Sequence record: MG018928.1
Reading direction: 5' to 3' (one strand)
Source: Pseudomonas phage inbricus
Length of the DNA: 32,000 bases
The notes under the pieces were generated by a model, which did no database searches, had not been told where the DNA came from, and saw only the letters and a list, made by a program, of their open reading frames with translations. Position 1 is the first letter of the stretch, and the number at the start of each line of letters is the position of its first letter. Shown piece by piece: positions 9,932 to 18,967 of this stretch. The translations under genes were made by a program, and so were the position numbers.

Positions 9932-11146
9932 TTAGAACTCAGTCCACGAGTTGAGGGTGGCGTTGGTAGCATCCACCTTCACTTCCCAGCCTGCCGGTAC
10001 AACAGCAGATGCACCGACCACGTTGCCTGCACCGGATGCCGTGAACTCGTAGGCACCCAGTACCACTTCAGGCTGACCAGACGCCTTACGGCAGGTGATC
10101 ACGAAGCGGATGGCACCACCGGCAACAGCAGCCACCAGTACCGAATGCTGCACCGGACGGGTAGCCGGACTGGTCACGTAGGTGGCCAGAGCACGGCCAG
10201 TCTTGGCAGCAGGATCGCCACCACCACCGACCACTGCCGTCTTCTGGGCACCATCGGTAATACCGTACCCACCCAGAGTGGTGGACTTAGCGGCATAGCG
10301 GCCATCAGCTTCCGTCTTGGTATAAGCATCGGTGATGCCGTAACCAGACAGGGTAGTAGCCGGGTTTTGCTTACCAGCAGCCAGAGTACGGATGGCCTTC
10401 AGTTCAGCTTCGACCGTGGTTGCACCACCAGTGGTAGGCGTGTGGCCGATCTTGCTGGAACCAGTTGCCGACTTGAAGGCAGTGTTGTCCGCCAGAGCAG
10501 CATCCAAGTTGGTGCTGATGTTGGACAGTTCCGGCAGCTTGGCTTCCACTGCCTTGATGGTGGCCATGTTCGTGCTGACGTTGTTGACCGATGCAATGTT
10601 GGTCGCAACAGTCTTCACGCTGGTCATGTCCGTCGAGACCGCCTTGACCGAAGCCATGTTGGTATCAACGTTCTGAACAGCCGCCATGTTGGTGTTCACG
10701 TTCAGGATTGCAGCGATGTTGTTATGCACCGTCAGCACTGCCTGAATGTTCTGTGCCACCGTCTGGATCGCCACGATGTTGGTGTACAGCGTGTTGATCT
10801 TGTCGAGGTTGTCGTACAGGGTCAGGAGCGGAGTCATGTTGCTGCTGATGAGCAACAGTTCATCCAGATGGTCGTACAGTGCCATCAACTGGGTCAGCTT
10901 CTCACGCAGAGCCAACAGTTCGGGCAGCTTCGCTTGAAGAGCGTTGAGCTTGTCCAGACTGTCGGCAATGGCGATCAGCTTGTCGATGTTGTCCGAGAGC
11001 GTCTTGATGTACGGCATCCGCATCGCAACGAACTTGACCACCTGATAGGCGTTACCCAGCAGATGGTCCACGATCTGATCGTTGTTAGCGGTGCAGCACG
11101 AGTTGCCAGTATCGAATGGCGTGCGGGTATTCATGGTTATGCCCAT
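9932..11146 (-). CDS. appendage/tail fibre protein (N4 gp66-position)
   Basis: 404 aa with tandem V/N repeats (VQNVDTNMASVKAVSTDMTSVKTVATNIASVNNV), then GYGITDAYTK / GGYGITDGAQK repeats typical of fibre stalks. Confidence 0.75.
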   Translation of the reverse strand: MGITMNTRTPFDTGNSCCTANNDQIVDHLLGNAYQVVKFVAMRMPYIKTLSDNIDKLIAIADSLDKLNALQAKLPELLALREKLTQLMALYDHLDELLLISSNMTPLLTLYDNLDKINTLYTNIVAIQTVAQNIQAVLTVHNNIAAILNVNTNMAAVQNVDTNMASVKAVSTDMTSVKTVATNIASVNNVSTNMATIKAVEAKLPELSNISTNLDAALADNTAFKSATGSSKIGHTPTTGGATTVEAELKAIRTLAAGKQNPATTLSGYGITDAYTKTEADGRYAAKSTTLGGYGITDGAQKTAVVGGGGDPAAKTGRALATYVTSPATRPVQHSVLVAAVAGGAIRFVITCRKASGQPEVVLGAYEFTASGAGNVVGASAVVPAGWEVKVDATNATLNSWTEF

Positions 11147-11844
11147 CCTCGTTTGGTAAAGCGGGTGTTGGTGTTGGAGTAACTGGTGCTCACCAAGTCC
11201 TGTGCCACGACTTCAGCGCAGACAGCCTCATAGTGGGCCAGCATCTCGGAGGCCGATTGCTTGGCTTCCTGAGTGTTGATCCCGCTGTAGACCCGGAATG
11301 CGATGTACGAATCGAGAGCAGAGTCCAAGGTCTCCGGGATGTCGATGATCCCATCACTGGTGTCATCGCAGGTGATCTTGGTGTGCTTCGCTTGGTACGT
11401 CACGTTCAGAGCTTCACGGTTGCGAGGCCGTGGGTTCTGGAGCCAGTTGGGACGAGGCGTGAAGACAGACCAGCAGTCGTCGGCGTCATTCAGTGCCCGT
11501 TGGCAACCGAGGTCGTCGTAGACAGCCAGAATCTTGATCACGTCTTCATCGAACGCCTCACCACTGAGGTCAATGATGTACGGGCACGGTACTTCCGTGG
11601 GGTCATACGACTGAATGGCGTATTTCTTCAGCAGGGGGTAGTTGGTACGACCCTCCTGCATTTCCACGATGACGTTGCTTTCTTTGAGGATGAACCGGCT
11701 ATGCAGCCGGGTCAGAGCCTCGTTGATCGCAATGACCACCTTGGACTTGCCATCCTCGTCGATGTCCCCGTCTTCGGTAGCCAGCGAGGTGTTTTGCAAC
11801 GTCCCGTTGGCCAACCGGCAGAACAGTTCTTCGATATGGATCAT
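11137..11844 (-). CDS. tail tube-like structural protein, N4 gp67-like
   Basis: 235 aa, adjacent to terminase; starts MIHIEELFCRLANGTLQNTSLATEDG...; position and size match N4 gp67. Confidence 0.65.
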   Translation of the reverse strand: MIHIEELFCRLANGTLQNTSLATEDGDIDEDGKSKVVIAINEALTRLHSRFILKESNVIVEMQEGRTNYPLLKKYAIQSYDPTEVPCPYIIDLSGEAFDEDVIKILAVYDDLGCQRALNDADDCWSVFTPRPNWLQNPRPRNREALNVTYQAKHTKITCDDTSDGIIDIPETLDSALDSYIAFRVYSGINTQEAKQSASEMLAHYEAVCAEVVAQDLVSTSYSNTNTRFTKRGWA

Positions 11845-11851
11845 GTAGTCC

Positions 11852-13453
11852 TCACACGATATAGGATTGGAGTGGGTTCATATCACCGCCAGTGTCGTCG
11901 TCATCCCACATGACATCATTGGGGTTGCTCACCGGAGCTGCCTCAGAAGGTTTCCAAGGGGTGAGGTATGCCAACTGCGAGATGGTGTCGATGCAGTCGT
12001 CCTTACCCTTCAGACCATTCGAGGTCGCCAAGCGAAGCTGGCCCATGAAGATGCCCATGATCTTGGATTCCTTCATCTCTTCCGGGAAGAACATCTTCCC
12101 AGTCTTGAACCAAGGGACCACAAGGTTGAAACGAGAGAGCTTGTTGGTGACAGGACGGATACCGGGTTCACCGGACTTTTCCGAAGAGGCGAAGCTGAAC
12201 CAGATGTTGCGGTTCATCATCTCCACTTGGAGCAGTTTGATGAATGCCTTCTGCTGACCAGTGATCTCGATACCCACTTGCTGTGGCCGATATTCCTGAA
12301 CGAGACGGAACAGATCGTTGAAGGTCTTGTCCATCAACTGCCGTTCAGTAATGCCGTCCACCCAGAACCAGTCGCCTTGGGCATTATAAGCCCACACACT
12401 GATGACAGTGTAGTCGCTTGTCTCCTTGTCGGAGGTAGCAAAGTCAGTGGTGATATAGAAGTTGAAGGTACTCTTGAGACGCAGAAGCTGTGCTCGGTTG
12501 TACCAACGAATCTCCTTGTCCTGCACAAGACGCTCTTCTTCAGAGGTGATACGCAGCATCAACTCTTGGTTGAAGGCAGCTACCTTACCTGTCTTCACTG
12601 CCATCTGGTACTGATCATTAACATAGTCGAAGCTGAAGCGGTCTTCCCATGCACCAACGAACTCTTCCTTGGGTACAGGGAACCGCTCACACACCGGCCA
12701 CACGTTGACGTTCCATGCCCCAGACTCCACTGCTTCGATCAGGATGTCATCCTTGTTGAAGGGAGTGCCGTTGAAGATCACCTTCCGGCGTGTTGGATCA
12801 AGAGCGTGGTTCACACCCTTGTACACCGTGTCCTTGATCGACTGCATGTTGGCCTTGGATTTGGCGTCATCATCCGACACCAAGTCATCCAGAATGCAGA
12901 GCACGGGACGCTTACCGAAAATCTTCGTACCACGGAGACCAGTCTTCGCACCGAACATCTTGCAGCCCAGACGATGGCCATCCGCCGACTGGAACTCAAG
13001 GTAGTTGTCGGTGAAGGTGGCCTTGGGAATCCACTGCTGGAGGAACGGGCTGTTGTCGTAGCGGAACTCGATGTTCTTGCGTGCAGACTTCACACCGTTG
13101 TCCATCGAGTCCGACACGTAGATCATGCCTTCGACCTTCCCCAGTCCGGGCAGATGACCGAACACAGCGAGGAACAGTACGAAGTATTCCATGAACAGAG
13201 TGGTCTTCGCAGCACCACGGAAGCACAGGTTGGCGATGTACTGGTCCGGTTCTGCAACCTTGTCTAGCATCTTCAGGTGTACAGGAGGTGTCTTGTTCGA
13301 CTCCCCCTGAGCACCGTTCACCAACTTGATGAAGTTCATGAACATCAGAGCGAACTCTGATGGGACGTACTCATTGCCATTTAGCCATGCGTAGTCCACT
13401 TGATCCAGCCATTGATCAAGCTCCTGCTTGATGAGACTGGGCTTAGACATCAA
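11852..13453 (-). CDS. terL: terminase large subunit, N4 gp68-like
   Basis: 533 aa; ANLCFRGAAKTTLFMEYF (Walker A-like), ILDDLVSDDDAKS (Walker B-like), nuclease-like STDFATSDKETSDYTVISVW. Confidence 0.9.
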   Translation of the reverse strand: MMSKPSLIKQELDQWLDQVDYAWLNGNEYVPSEFALMFMNFIKLVNGAQGESNKTPPVHLKMLDKVAEPDQYIANLCFRGAAKTTLFMEYFVLFLAVFGHLPGLGKVEGMIYVSDSMDNGVKSARKNIEFRYDNSPFLQQWIPKATFTDNYLEFQSADGHRLGCKMFGAKTGLRGTKIFGKRPVLCILDDLVSDDDAKSKANMQSIKDTVYKGVNHALDPTRRKVIFNGTPFNKDDILIEAVESGAWNVNVWPVCERFPVPKEEFVGAWEDRFSFDYVNDQYQMAVKTGKVAAFNQELMLRITSEEERLVQDKEIRWYNRAQLLRLKSTFNFYITTDFATSDKETSDYTVISVWAYNAQGDWFWVDGITERQLMDKTFNDLFRLVQEYRPQQVGIEITGQQKAFIKLLQVEMMNRNIWFSFASSEKSGEPGIRPVTNKLSRFNLVVPWFKTGKMFFPEEMKESKIMGIFMGQLRLATSNGLKGKDDCIDTISQLAYLTPWKPSEAAPVSNPNDVMWDDDDTGGDMNPLQSYIV

Positions 13454-14120
13454 TCACGTCCTCCCGCACGAGGTTGGAATGGGTGATGGTACGTGCAGAC
13501 ACACCACCTTCAATGGCAGAACGTTGACCTTGGGCCAGTTGAGCGAGGGTGTCCTTCAGCTCCTGCATACCTGAGTTCTCACGCAGGTCGAGGTTGATGT
13601 TGGTCACGGAGTCTTTCGGCTTCTGGAGGTGGGTCAGGATGGAGTTGGCAGCATCACTCCGCACCTTCTCACTGGCGGCGTTCATCATCAGGTCTGCCTG
13701 AACATTGAGTGCTCGCTGGAAGAGGTCTTGGTTCACGATCCATACCGGGACCAGACTCTGTTCCATGATCAGGTTGACCAGCTTGCCCCGATGGTACGCA
13801 GCCACGTAAGCAGCGATGTCTTTCTCACTGGTTCCCTTGGCAACAAGGTGAGCATGGCGGGATGGGAACACCTTGAAATAGGCGTCCTTGTTCGACAGGC
13901 CCATGTGCTTGTACGACACGTAGGCGACTGCGTTGAGGTAGTCCTCAGTCTTGAACCGGCCTTCCTTCATCACATGGGCGAAGGAGATGAAGTTCTCGCG
14001 GATGTTCTCCGCTGCCATCTGGTCTTGGGTGATGTTGTTCACCATGTCAACCAGTTGGTCGGTCACTGCACTCTTCAGGTTCGGGGGCAGCGCCTTGGCG
14101 ATCTCTTGTTTGGTAAGCAT
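13443..14120 (-). CDS. N4 gp69-like protein (putative small terminase role)
   Basis: 225-aa ORF overlapping the terL start; position equals N4 gp69. Confidence 0.55.
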   Translation of the reverse strand: MLTKQEIAKALPPNLKSAVTDQLVDMVNNITQDQMAAENIRENFISFAHVMKEGRFKTEDYLNAVAYVSYKHMGLSNKDAYFKVFPSRHAHLVAKGTSEKDIAAYVAAYHRGKLVNLIMEQSLVPVWIVNQDLFQRALNVQADLMMNAASEKVRSDAANSILTHLQKPKDSVTNINLDLRENSGMQELKDTLAQLAQGQRSAIEGGVSARTITHSNLVREDVIDV

Positions 14121-14139
14121 GGACTTCTCCTATATAGAA

Positions 14140-14155
14140 GGGGGCGCTGGCCCCC
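14140..14155 (-). terminator. short GC-rich hairpin between the 232-aa gene and the gp69-like gene
   Basis: GGGGG-CCAGCG-CCCCC followed by TTCT on the minus strand. Confidence 0.4.
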
Positions 14156-14162
14156 GTTCCCC

Positions 14163-14861
14163 TTAACCCAGCAGTGCGTTGTCGAGACGCATCTTCAGGA
14201 TGTCCACGAACTGGCCCATGATGCGTGCTTGCTCGTGCATCATCTCCGCCTTCACCTTGTCGAAGCCTTCCGGCAGGTTGGCCAAGAACTTCTTCAGCTT
14301 GGTGAGGTTGCCTGCATTCAGCTCGTGCTCGTCGCGCAGACGGTCGATCCAGTCGCCCTGCAATTTCTTTTCTTGGTAGAGTTTCTCGGCCAGAAGGAAA
14401 CCGGCGAACGGCCAAATCTTGTCGATAGCCTGCTTGCGGGCGAAGAACTCACCGACGTTCTGCCGGTAGTTGGCCGGGTCCACACATGCACTGATGCCCT
14501 GCACGCTGAAGCCGTTCTTCAGGGTGATGTGGCAGATAGTCGTGGTCGAACCGCTCGGCACCACGAAGACTTCGCTGGCAATCATGGCGATCAAGTCGCC
14601 GTACACCACCTTCGGGCCGTCGCTCGGGACAACCGGCTCACCGGTTTCCAGATAGCTACGCTCAAAGACATCTCGCGGGGACCAAGAGATGTACCCGTCG
14701 AATGCGTCGTGGTTGGCTTTGCCACCATCCAGATATTCGATCAGGTAGCCCTCGTCGGAGGGATTCTCTTCCTTGGGGGTCTCCCAGCCACGGAGAGCGT
14801 TGTAGTCCCCACGAGTCATGGGCTGTGCTTGGACCTTCTTGGTTCCGGTATAGACCTTCAT
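14163..14861 (-). CDS. conserved phage protein (MKVYTGTKKVQAQPMTRGDYNALRGW family)
   Basis: 232-aa ORF; N-terminal motif MTRGDYNxLRGWExPxxENPxDEGYLxEY is common in phage proteins of unknown role. Confidence 0.75.
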   Translation of the reverse strand: MKVYTGTKKVQAQPMTRGDYNALRGWETPKEENPSDEGYLIEYLDGGKANHDAFDGYISWSPRDVFERSYLETGEPVVPSDGPKVVYGDLIAMIASEVFVVPSGSTTTICHITLKNGFSVQGISACVDPANYRQNVGEFFARKQAIDKIWPFAGFLLAEKLYQEKKLQGDWIDRLRDEHELNAGNLTKLKKFLANLPEGFDKVKAEMMHEQARIMGQFVDILKMRLDNALLG

Positions 14862-14998
14862 CTAAATTACCTCTAATGGTTGCGCTTGGCGAAACTGCCG
14901 GTTAGACTTTAGCCTATCTTTAGTCTCCTTACAACAGTAAGACAGAGACATGGGGAGCCTATTGTCTAAAGAAACCTAACCCCATCAAGGAGATAGCA

Positions 14999-15319
14999 AT
15001 GCGTTTGTTCTACCGTATCGACGGCTCTAGCCAATGGGCAGAGATCGACCACATGAAGGCTGGTGTCTTGGGCGGTGACTACATCATCTGCCACACCGAA
15101 GACCTTCGAGATCGTTTCTTGGGTGAACGACTGGTCATGGGCATTGAGTTCAATGTCGTGCTACCAGAGAACAGTCCCTACCGTTTCAATAAGGAAGTCG
15201 CTGCCTTGATCCTCTTCACGAAGATTCCGAAGGAAGTCGAGTTCCCACACAGCAACAAGAATGATGCTGGCAAGGACGTTATCGTCACCTTCACTGATGA
15301 CTGGTTTGACGCCCTCTAA
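14999..15319 (+). CDS. hypothetical early protein
   Basis: 106-aa ORF with RBS AAGGAGA; first rightward gene. Confidence 0.65.
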   Translation: MRLFYRIDGSSQWAEIDHMKAGVLGGDYIICHTEDLRDRFLGERLVMGIEFNVVLPENSPYRFNKEVAALILFTKIPKEVEFPHSNKNDAGKDVIVTFTDDWFDAL

Positions 15320-15569
15320 AATAACAGCTACTCTTCAGTTGCTGACTTGGATTTCTCCGAAGCGCTTGTGTAACTTGCGATGATGAGGCCGCCCCCCAGC
15401 GGAAGGTGGGGGTAACACGAAAGTGTTCAGTAACATCCGCAGTAGAGGCCATCCGACTCCTTCATTCCCTTGGGAATGCCGCAAAGCTAGACACTTTGCA
15501 CAGGATGGTGACTCTGCACTGAGGGGGGAGTAGCTCACGCTGCTTCCCCTTCTTTCATTTGGAGGTCCG

Positions 15570-16037
15570 ATGAACCTGCCTGTCTACAAGATCAACCTTC
15601 TCACGAACGTCACGGCTACGCCGGGAACCAAGTGGGGAAAGGTCACTGACCTGCCCCTGCTCAAGCCTCGTTCAATCCTATTACTCCCCGACTCTGACAC
15701 GGGGCATTCCATCTACGGCCAGCTACTGGTCGAAGGAGTAGACCTCGATGTCCAGATTCTCCCTGCCCGCAAGGGTCGCATCATTCTCACCGTCAACGAA
15801 AACAGCCTCCCCCCTGCGAACAGTTACGGTGAAGCCCCCTTTGCAGAAGTCTTCCTCACGGGTTGCATGTGCTCAGAAGTCACCTTCCAGCAATGGCAAA
15901 ACCACCAAGACTTCACCATACAGCTCGGGGCAGTCTACAAGCCCTTCGTTACTGTCCCCCAAGCTGAAAGCCTTGCAGCCCCAATACCGCCAGCACTCTC
16001 CTTACGAGGTGATGGCCCGAGTGGGTGGCTGGGGTAG
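15570..16037 (+). CDS. hypothetical early protein with LLPDSDTGHSIYG motif
   Basis: 155-aa ORF preceded by GGAGG. Confidence 0.65.
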   Translation: MNLPVYKINLLTNVTATPGTKWGKVTDLPLLKPRSILLLPDSDTGHSIYGQLLVEGVDLDVQILPARKGRIILTVNENSLPPANSYGEAPFAEVFLTGCMCSEVTFQQWQNHQDFTIQLGAVYKPFVTVPQAESLAAPIPPALSLRGDGPSGWLG

Positions 16038-16272
16038 TTACACCACCATCCTTCTACCTGACACAGATGAAGGCCACTCCATAGCAGGGTGGCTCATGCT
16101 GGACAGTGTTCCGCTCACCCCCATCTTTGTGAACCAAGGGATGGAGCTACGTGAAGACACCCTCATGTGGGCAGACGATAGCTACAGAGTGGACTGGAAG
16201 TATGGCAAGACCCCCACTGGTCAGCCTTGTTGGGTAGGAGTGGTATCCCTCAAACATACCTGCTTAGAGTAG
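16012..16272 (+). CDS. hypothetical early protein, paralogous motif LLPDTDEGHSIAG
   Basis: 86-aa ORF overlapping the previous gene by 26 nt; RBS-like ACGAGG. Confidence 0.6.
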   Translation: MARVGGWGSYTTILLPDTDEGHSIAGWLMLDSVPLTPIFVNQGMELREDTLMWADDSYRVDWKYGKTPTGQPCWVGVVSLKHTCLE

Positions 16273-16462
16273 ATAAGTTGTAGGAAACTTTTGAAGGGGG
16301 TGATATGTACTTCTGAGAGCAGTGTTGTACACCCGGTACACGGGTACACGTACACATACCCCCCCGGTATCTACACTAGGGGACTCTCTACCCTACCCCC
16401 ATGCTTACGACGCTCCGCGTCTTATGGGTAATGTTGCCCATCATCTATCTGGAGCTACAACT

Positions 16463-16780
16463 ATGTCTATCGCTAACACTCGCATGACCTTCGGTGCTGT
16501 CCTCGGTACTGTCAACGAGGCTGCTACCACTGTCACTGCTACCCTGTCCACTGCATCCAAAGCTGTGGGCATGCTCAACCGCTTCGTCACTGATGCTGCT
16601 GACAAGCAAGCTCTGCGCTCCAAAGTCGATATGCACGAGTTCAAGACCGTGCTGGTCGAAGAGAAAGCAATGGCTGAAGCACTGCGCAAGAAGTCCATTG
16701 AAGAGTTCTGCAAGGACTCCACCAATGCCAAGCACTACTCTGCTGCATACGATCGTCTGGCCGAGATCGTCAACGGCTAA
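16463..16780 (+). CDS. hypothetical early protein
   Basis: 105 aa, MSIANTRMTFGAVLGTVNEAATTVTATL..., RBS GGAG. Confidence 0.7.
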   Translation: MSIANTRMTFGAVLGTVNEAATTVTATLSTASKAVGMLNRFVTDAADKQALRSKVDMHEFKTVLVEEKAMAEALRKKSIEEFCKDSTNAKHYSAAYDRLAEIVNG

Positions 16781-16795
16781 ACCTTCCCTGTAGCC

Positions 16796-16821
16796 TATGG
16801 GGCACCTTCGGGTGCTCCATA
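16796..16821 (+). terminator. 11-bp UUCG-capped hairpin after the 105-aa gene
   Basis: TATGGGGCACC-TTCG-GGTGCTCCATA; no strong T-tract. Confidence 0.5.
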
Positions 16822-16969
16822 CCCCTTAGCTTAGATAGATAGATAGCTCTACTTGATCAGGCTACTGATCCTACTTCATTCAACTCTACGTCTACTTAGT
16901 AGACTTTGTGTGGGGGTTCAACCGACCATGAACTCTCATACATCACCCTCAATCTCAAGGAGTAATACC

Positions 16970-17380
16970 ATGTCCATTCAATCTTTCGACAAGACCTTCG
17001 GCACCAACGCTGGCAACAACAACGCTGCTGCATCGAAGAAGGATTTGCCCAAGGCACAATTCTGGATCAACATCGGCTATGTCGTTGAAGTACAAGGCGA
17101 AGACGGCGTCGAGTCCAAGTTCATCAGCCTGCCGATGGGCATCCCGTTGGACACGCAGGAACACCTGCCGACCAACAGTTCCAACGAAATGTTCCGTGCT
17201 CTGCGTGCTGCACAGAACGACCTGCTCGACCAACTGAAGGACGTGGCTGCTACTCTTCAGCCCGGCGAAGAGAAGATCATTGGCGAAGGCCAACTGGTCA
17301 TCCAGCTCCGTCGCGTCAAGGCAGAAGCTGCTCCGATTGCAGCCGATGCCAACCCGCTTGTCCGCAAGCTGACCTTCTAA
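16970..17380 (+). CDS. conserved early protein, function unknown
   Basis: 136 aa from [18 protein letters not shown] with RBS AAGGAG; followed by a strong terminator. Confidence 0.75.
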   Translation: MSIQSFDKTFGTNAGNNNAAASKKDLPKAQFWINIGYVVEVQGEDGVESKFISLPMGIPLDTQEHLPTNSSNEMFRALRAAQNDLLDQLKDVAATLQPGEEKIIGEGQLVIQLRRVKAEAAPIAADANPLVRKLTF

Positions 17381-17387
17381 GGTCACT

Positions 17388-17419
17388 GGGAGTCACCGAA
17401 AGGTGGCTCCCTTTATTTT
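17388..17419 (+). terminator. intrinsic terminator
   Basis: GGGAGTCACC-GAAA-GGTGGCTCCC then TTTATTTTT. Confidence 0.9.
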
Positions 17420-17493
17420 TCTACTGTCTAAATACTAGATCCAACTTTGATAGAGTTTCTGGCGAAAGCAACCGAGAACCTATCCACGTTGGA

Positions 17494-17512
17494 GTTAGAG
17501 ATAAATAGGAGA
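17494..17512 (+). promoter_or_regulatory. 19-bp repeat, copy 1, upstream of the SLOG gene
   Basis: GTTAGAGATAAATAGGAGA, identical to 18968-18986; start codon 6 nt downstream. Confidence 0.5.
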
Positions 17513-17517
17513 TAGTT

Positions 17518-17874
17518 ATGAAGCTGATCGTAGCTGGTGGACGGGACTTCACAGACACTCAACGCATGATCCAAGCCCTACAAGAACTAGCTGCTGATGG
17601 TCATATCACTGACTCACCTGTGCTGGTCTGTGGTATGGCACGAGGTGCAGACATCACTGCCTACCATCTGTGGAAACAGCATGGCATGGAGATCATCGAG
17701 ATGCCTGCTGACTGGGACAAGCACGGCAAGAGTGCTGGGTACAAACGCAACGCTGACATGGGAAACATCGCTGATGCCTGCGTAGCATTCTGGGATCAGC
17801 AGTCCCGTGGAACCAAGAACATGATTGACTACATGAACAAGCTGGGTAAGCCCTGCTTCGTCTACTCATACTAA
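17518..17874 (+). CDS. SLOG-fold protein (DUF2493/YspA-like)
   Basis: 118 aa: MKLIVAGGRDFTD...LVCGMARGADITAYHLWKQHGMEIIEMPADWDKHGKSAGYKRNADM. Confidence 0.85.
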   Translation: MKLIVAGGRDFTDTQRMIQALQELAADGHITDSPVLVCGMARGADITAYHLWKQHGMEIIEMPADWDKHGKSAGYKRNADMGNIADACVAFWDQQSRGTKNMIDYMNKLGKPCFVYSY

Positions 17875-17888
17875 ATAGGAGAAACACA

Positions 17889-18164
17889 ATGGACTTCATC
17901 GACATGTACTGGATGCACATCACCATCACCATCATGATCCTCTGGGCATGGTGCGAGCGTGCTGCTCTGCTGGGCGAGTGGTACTACATCATCAAGTTCG
18001 GCAAGCGTACTGCACCGTGGTGCAATCGTCGTGCTGACCTGCTGGAACCACTGCTGGAATGGCAGCGCCTCAATGACTTCAAGGCAGTGAGGAAGACTGT
18101 CCATGAGATCAACTGTCTGCGTGCGTATGCCACGCTACTCATTGCAAAGGAGAAGTCATGCTGA
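17889..18164 (+). CDS. small membrane protein
   Basis: 91 aa with N-terminal TM (HITITIMILWAWC); RBS AGGAG. Confidence 0.55.
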   Translation: MDFIDMYWMHITITIMILWAWCERAALLGEWYYIIKFGKRTAPWCNRRADLLEPLLEWQRLNDFKAVRKTVHEINCLRAYATLLIAKEKSC

Positions 18165-18382
18165 ACTACAACCCATTCGCTTTCGTGCTGGGAGTGGCCA
18201 TTGCAGTAGCAGTCTTGCTGCTGTGTGAGCCACTCATGTGGGCACTGATCTATCTGGCCAAGGCACTCATCGTCTTGGTCGCTGTACTCATGCCGACCGC
18301 TCTCACTCTGGAGTGGTGGCACAACCGTCGAACCAAGAAGGAAAAGCAAGATGCTCAAGCGCCTACGTTCACTATTCGATAA
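18158..18382 (+). CDS. small membrane protein
   Basis: 74 aa, strongly hydrophobic (FVLGVAIAVAVLLLCEPLMWALIYLAKALIVLVAVLM). Confidence 0.6.
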   Translation: MLNYNPFAFVLGVAIAVAVLLLCEPLMWALIYLAKALIVLVAVLMPTALTLEWWHNRRTKKEKQDAQAPTFTIR

Positions 18383-18527
18383 GCCATCCAAGCTGTGGTG
18401 GCGTGAAGAGGGTGGCCCTGCCACCTTCTCCATCTACGAGGGCCGTCGCTACCTCGGTAGCATCACCTTCCAAGGGCTGACTCTCAAGGAGCAGACCCAG
18501 TACCTCAACCAACTCACTAAGGATTGA
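18351..18527 (+). CDS. hypothetical small protein
   Basis: 58 aa: MLKRLRSLFDKPSKLWWREEGGPATFSIYEGRRYLGSITFQGLTLKEQTQYLNQLTKD; stop just before the next gene. Confidence 0.5.
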   Translation: MLKRLRSLFDKPSKLWWREEGGPATFSIYEGRRYLGSITFQGLTLKEQTQYLNQLTKD

Positions 18528-18529
18528 TC

Positions 18530-18958
18530 ATGGTCTTCGTATTCGGTAGCAACACCGGTGGTATCCACGGTGGTGGTGCAGCTCTGGCTGCGTACAAGAA
18601 ACACGGTGCTCGTTGGGGCATGGGCTATGGCCATTATGGTCAGAGCTTTGCCATCCCTACCAAGGGGCACCACATCGTCAAGACTCGTGTGCCTGCTGCT
18701 GATGGCCTGACTGAAGGTCCGGTCATCGGTGACACACTGCCTCTCGAAGAGATCAAGCAGTTCGTCATCGGCTTCCTCGCCTATGCCAAGTCGCATCCGT
18801 CTCTTCAGTTCCAAGTCACTCGCATTGGTTGCGGGCTGGCTGGACTGAAGGACGAGGACATCGCTCCGATGTTCAAGGATGCACCAGCCAATTGCCTGTT
18901 CGACAGCAAGTGGATGGACTGGCTGGGTGAGGACGCCACCTACTGGGGCACGTTCTAA
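18530..18958 (+). CDS. macro-domain-like protein
   Basis: 142 aa: MVFVFGSNTGGIHGGGAALAAYKKHGARWGMGYGHYGQSFAIPTKG...ITRIGCGLAGLKDEDIAPMF-type pattern. Confidence 0.75.
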   Translation: MVFVFGSNTGGIHGGGAALAAYKKHGARWGMGYGHYGQSFAIPTKGHHIVKTRVPAADGLTEGPVIGDTLPLEEIKQFVIGFLAYAKSHPSLQFQVTRIGCGLAGLKDEDIAPMFKDAPANCLFDSKWMDWLGEDATYWGTF

Positions 18959-18967
18959 TCACATCTC

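Noticed and set aside
10380-11080. Short tandem repeats as a possible CRISPR or DNA repeat array
   Set aside because: They are coding V/N-type fibre stalk repeats in the 404-aa protein, with variable spacing and no palindromic repeat/spacer structure.
11867-13267. 466-aa plus-strand ORF opposite terL
   Set aside because: Antisense to terminase; shadow ORF.
13629-14876. 415-aa plus-strand ORF opposite two late genes
   Set aside because: Antisense to two supported genes and spans their boundary; shadow ORF.
16835-16850. TAGATAGATAGATAG microsatellite-like run
   Set aside because: Too short (about 3-4 units) to support a functional claim.
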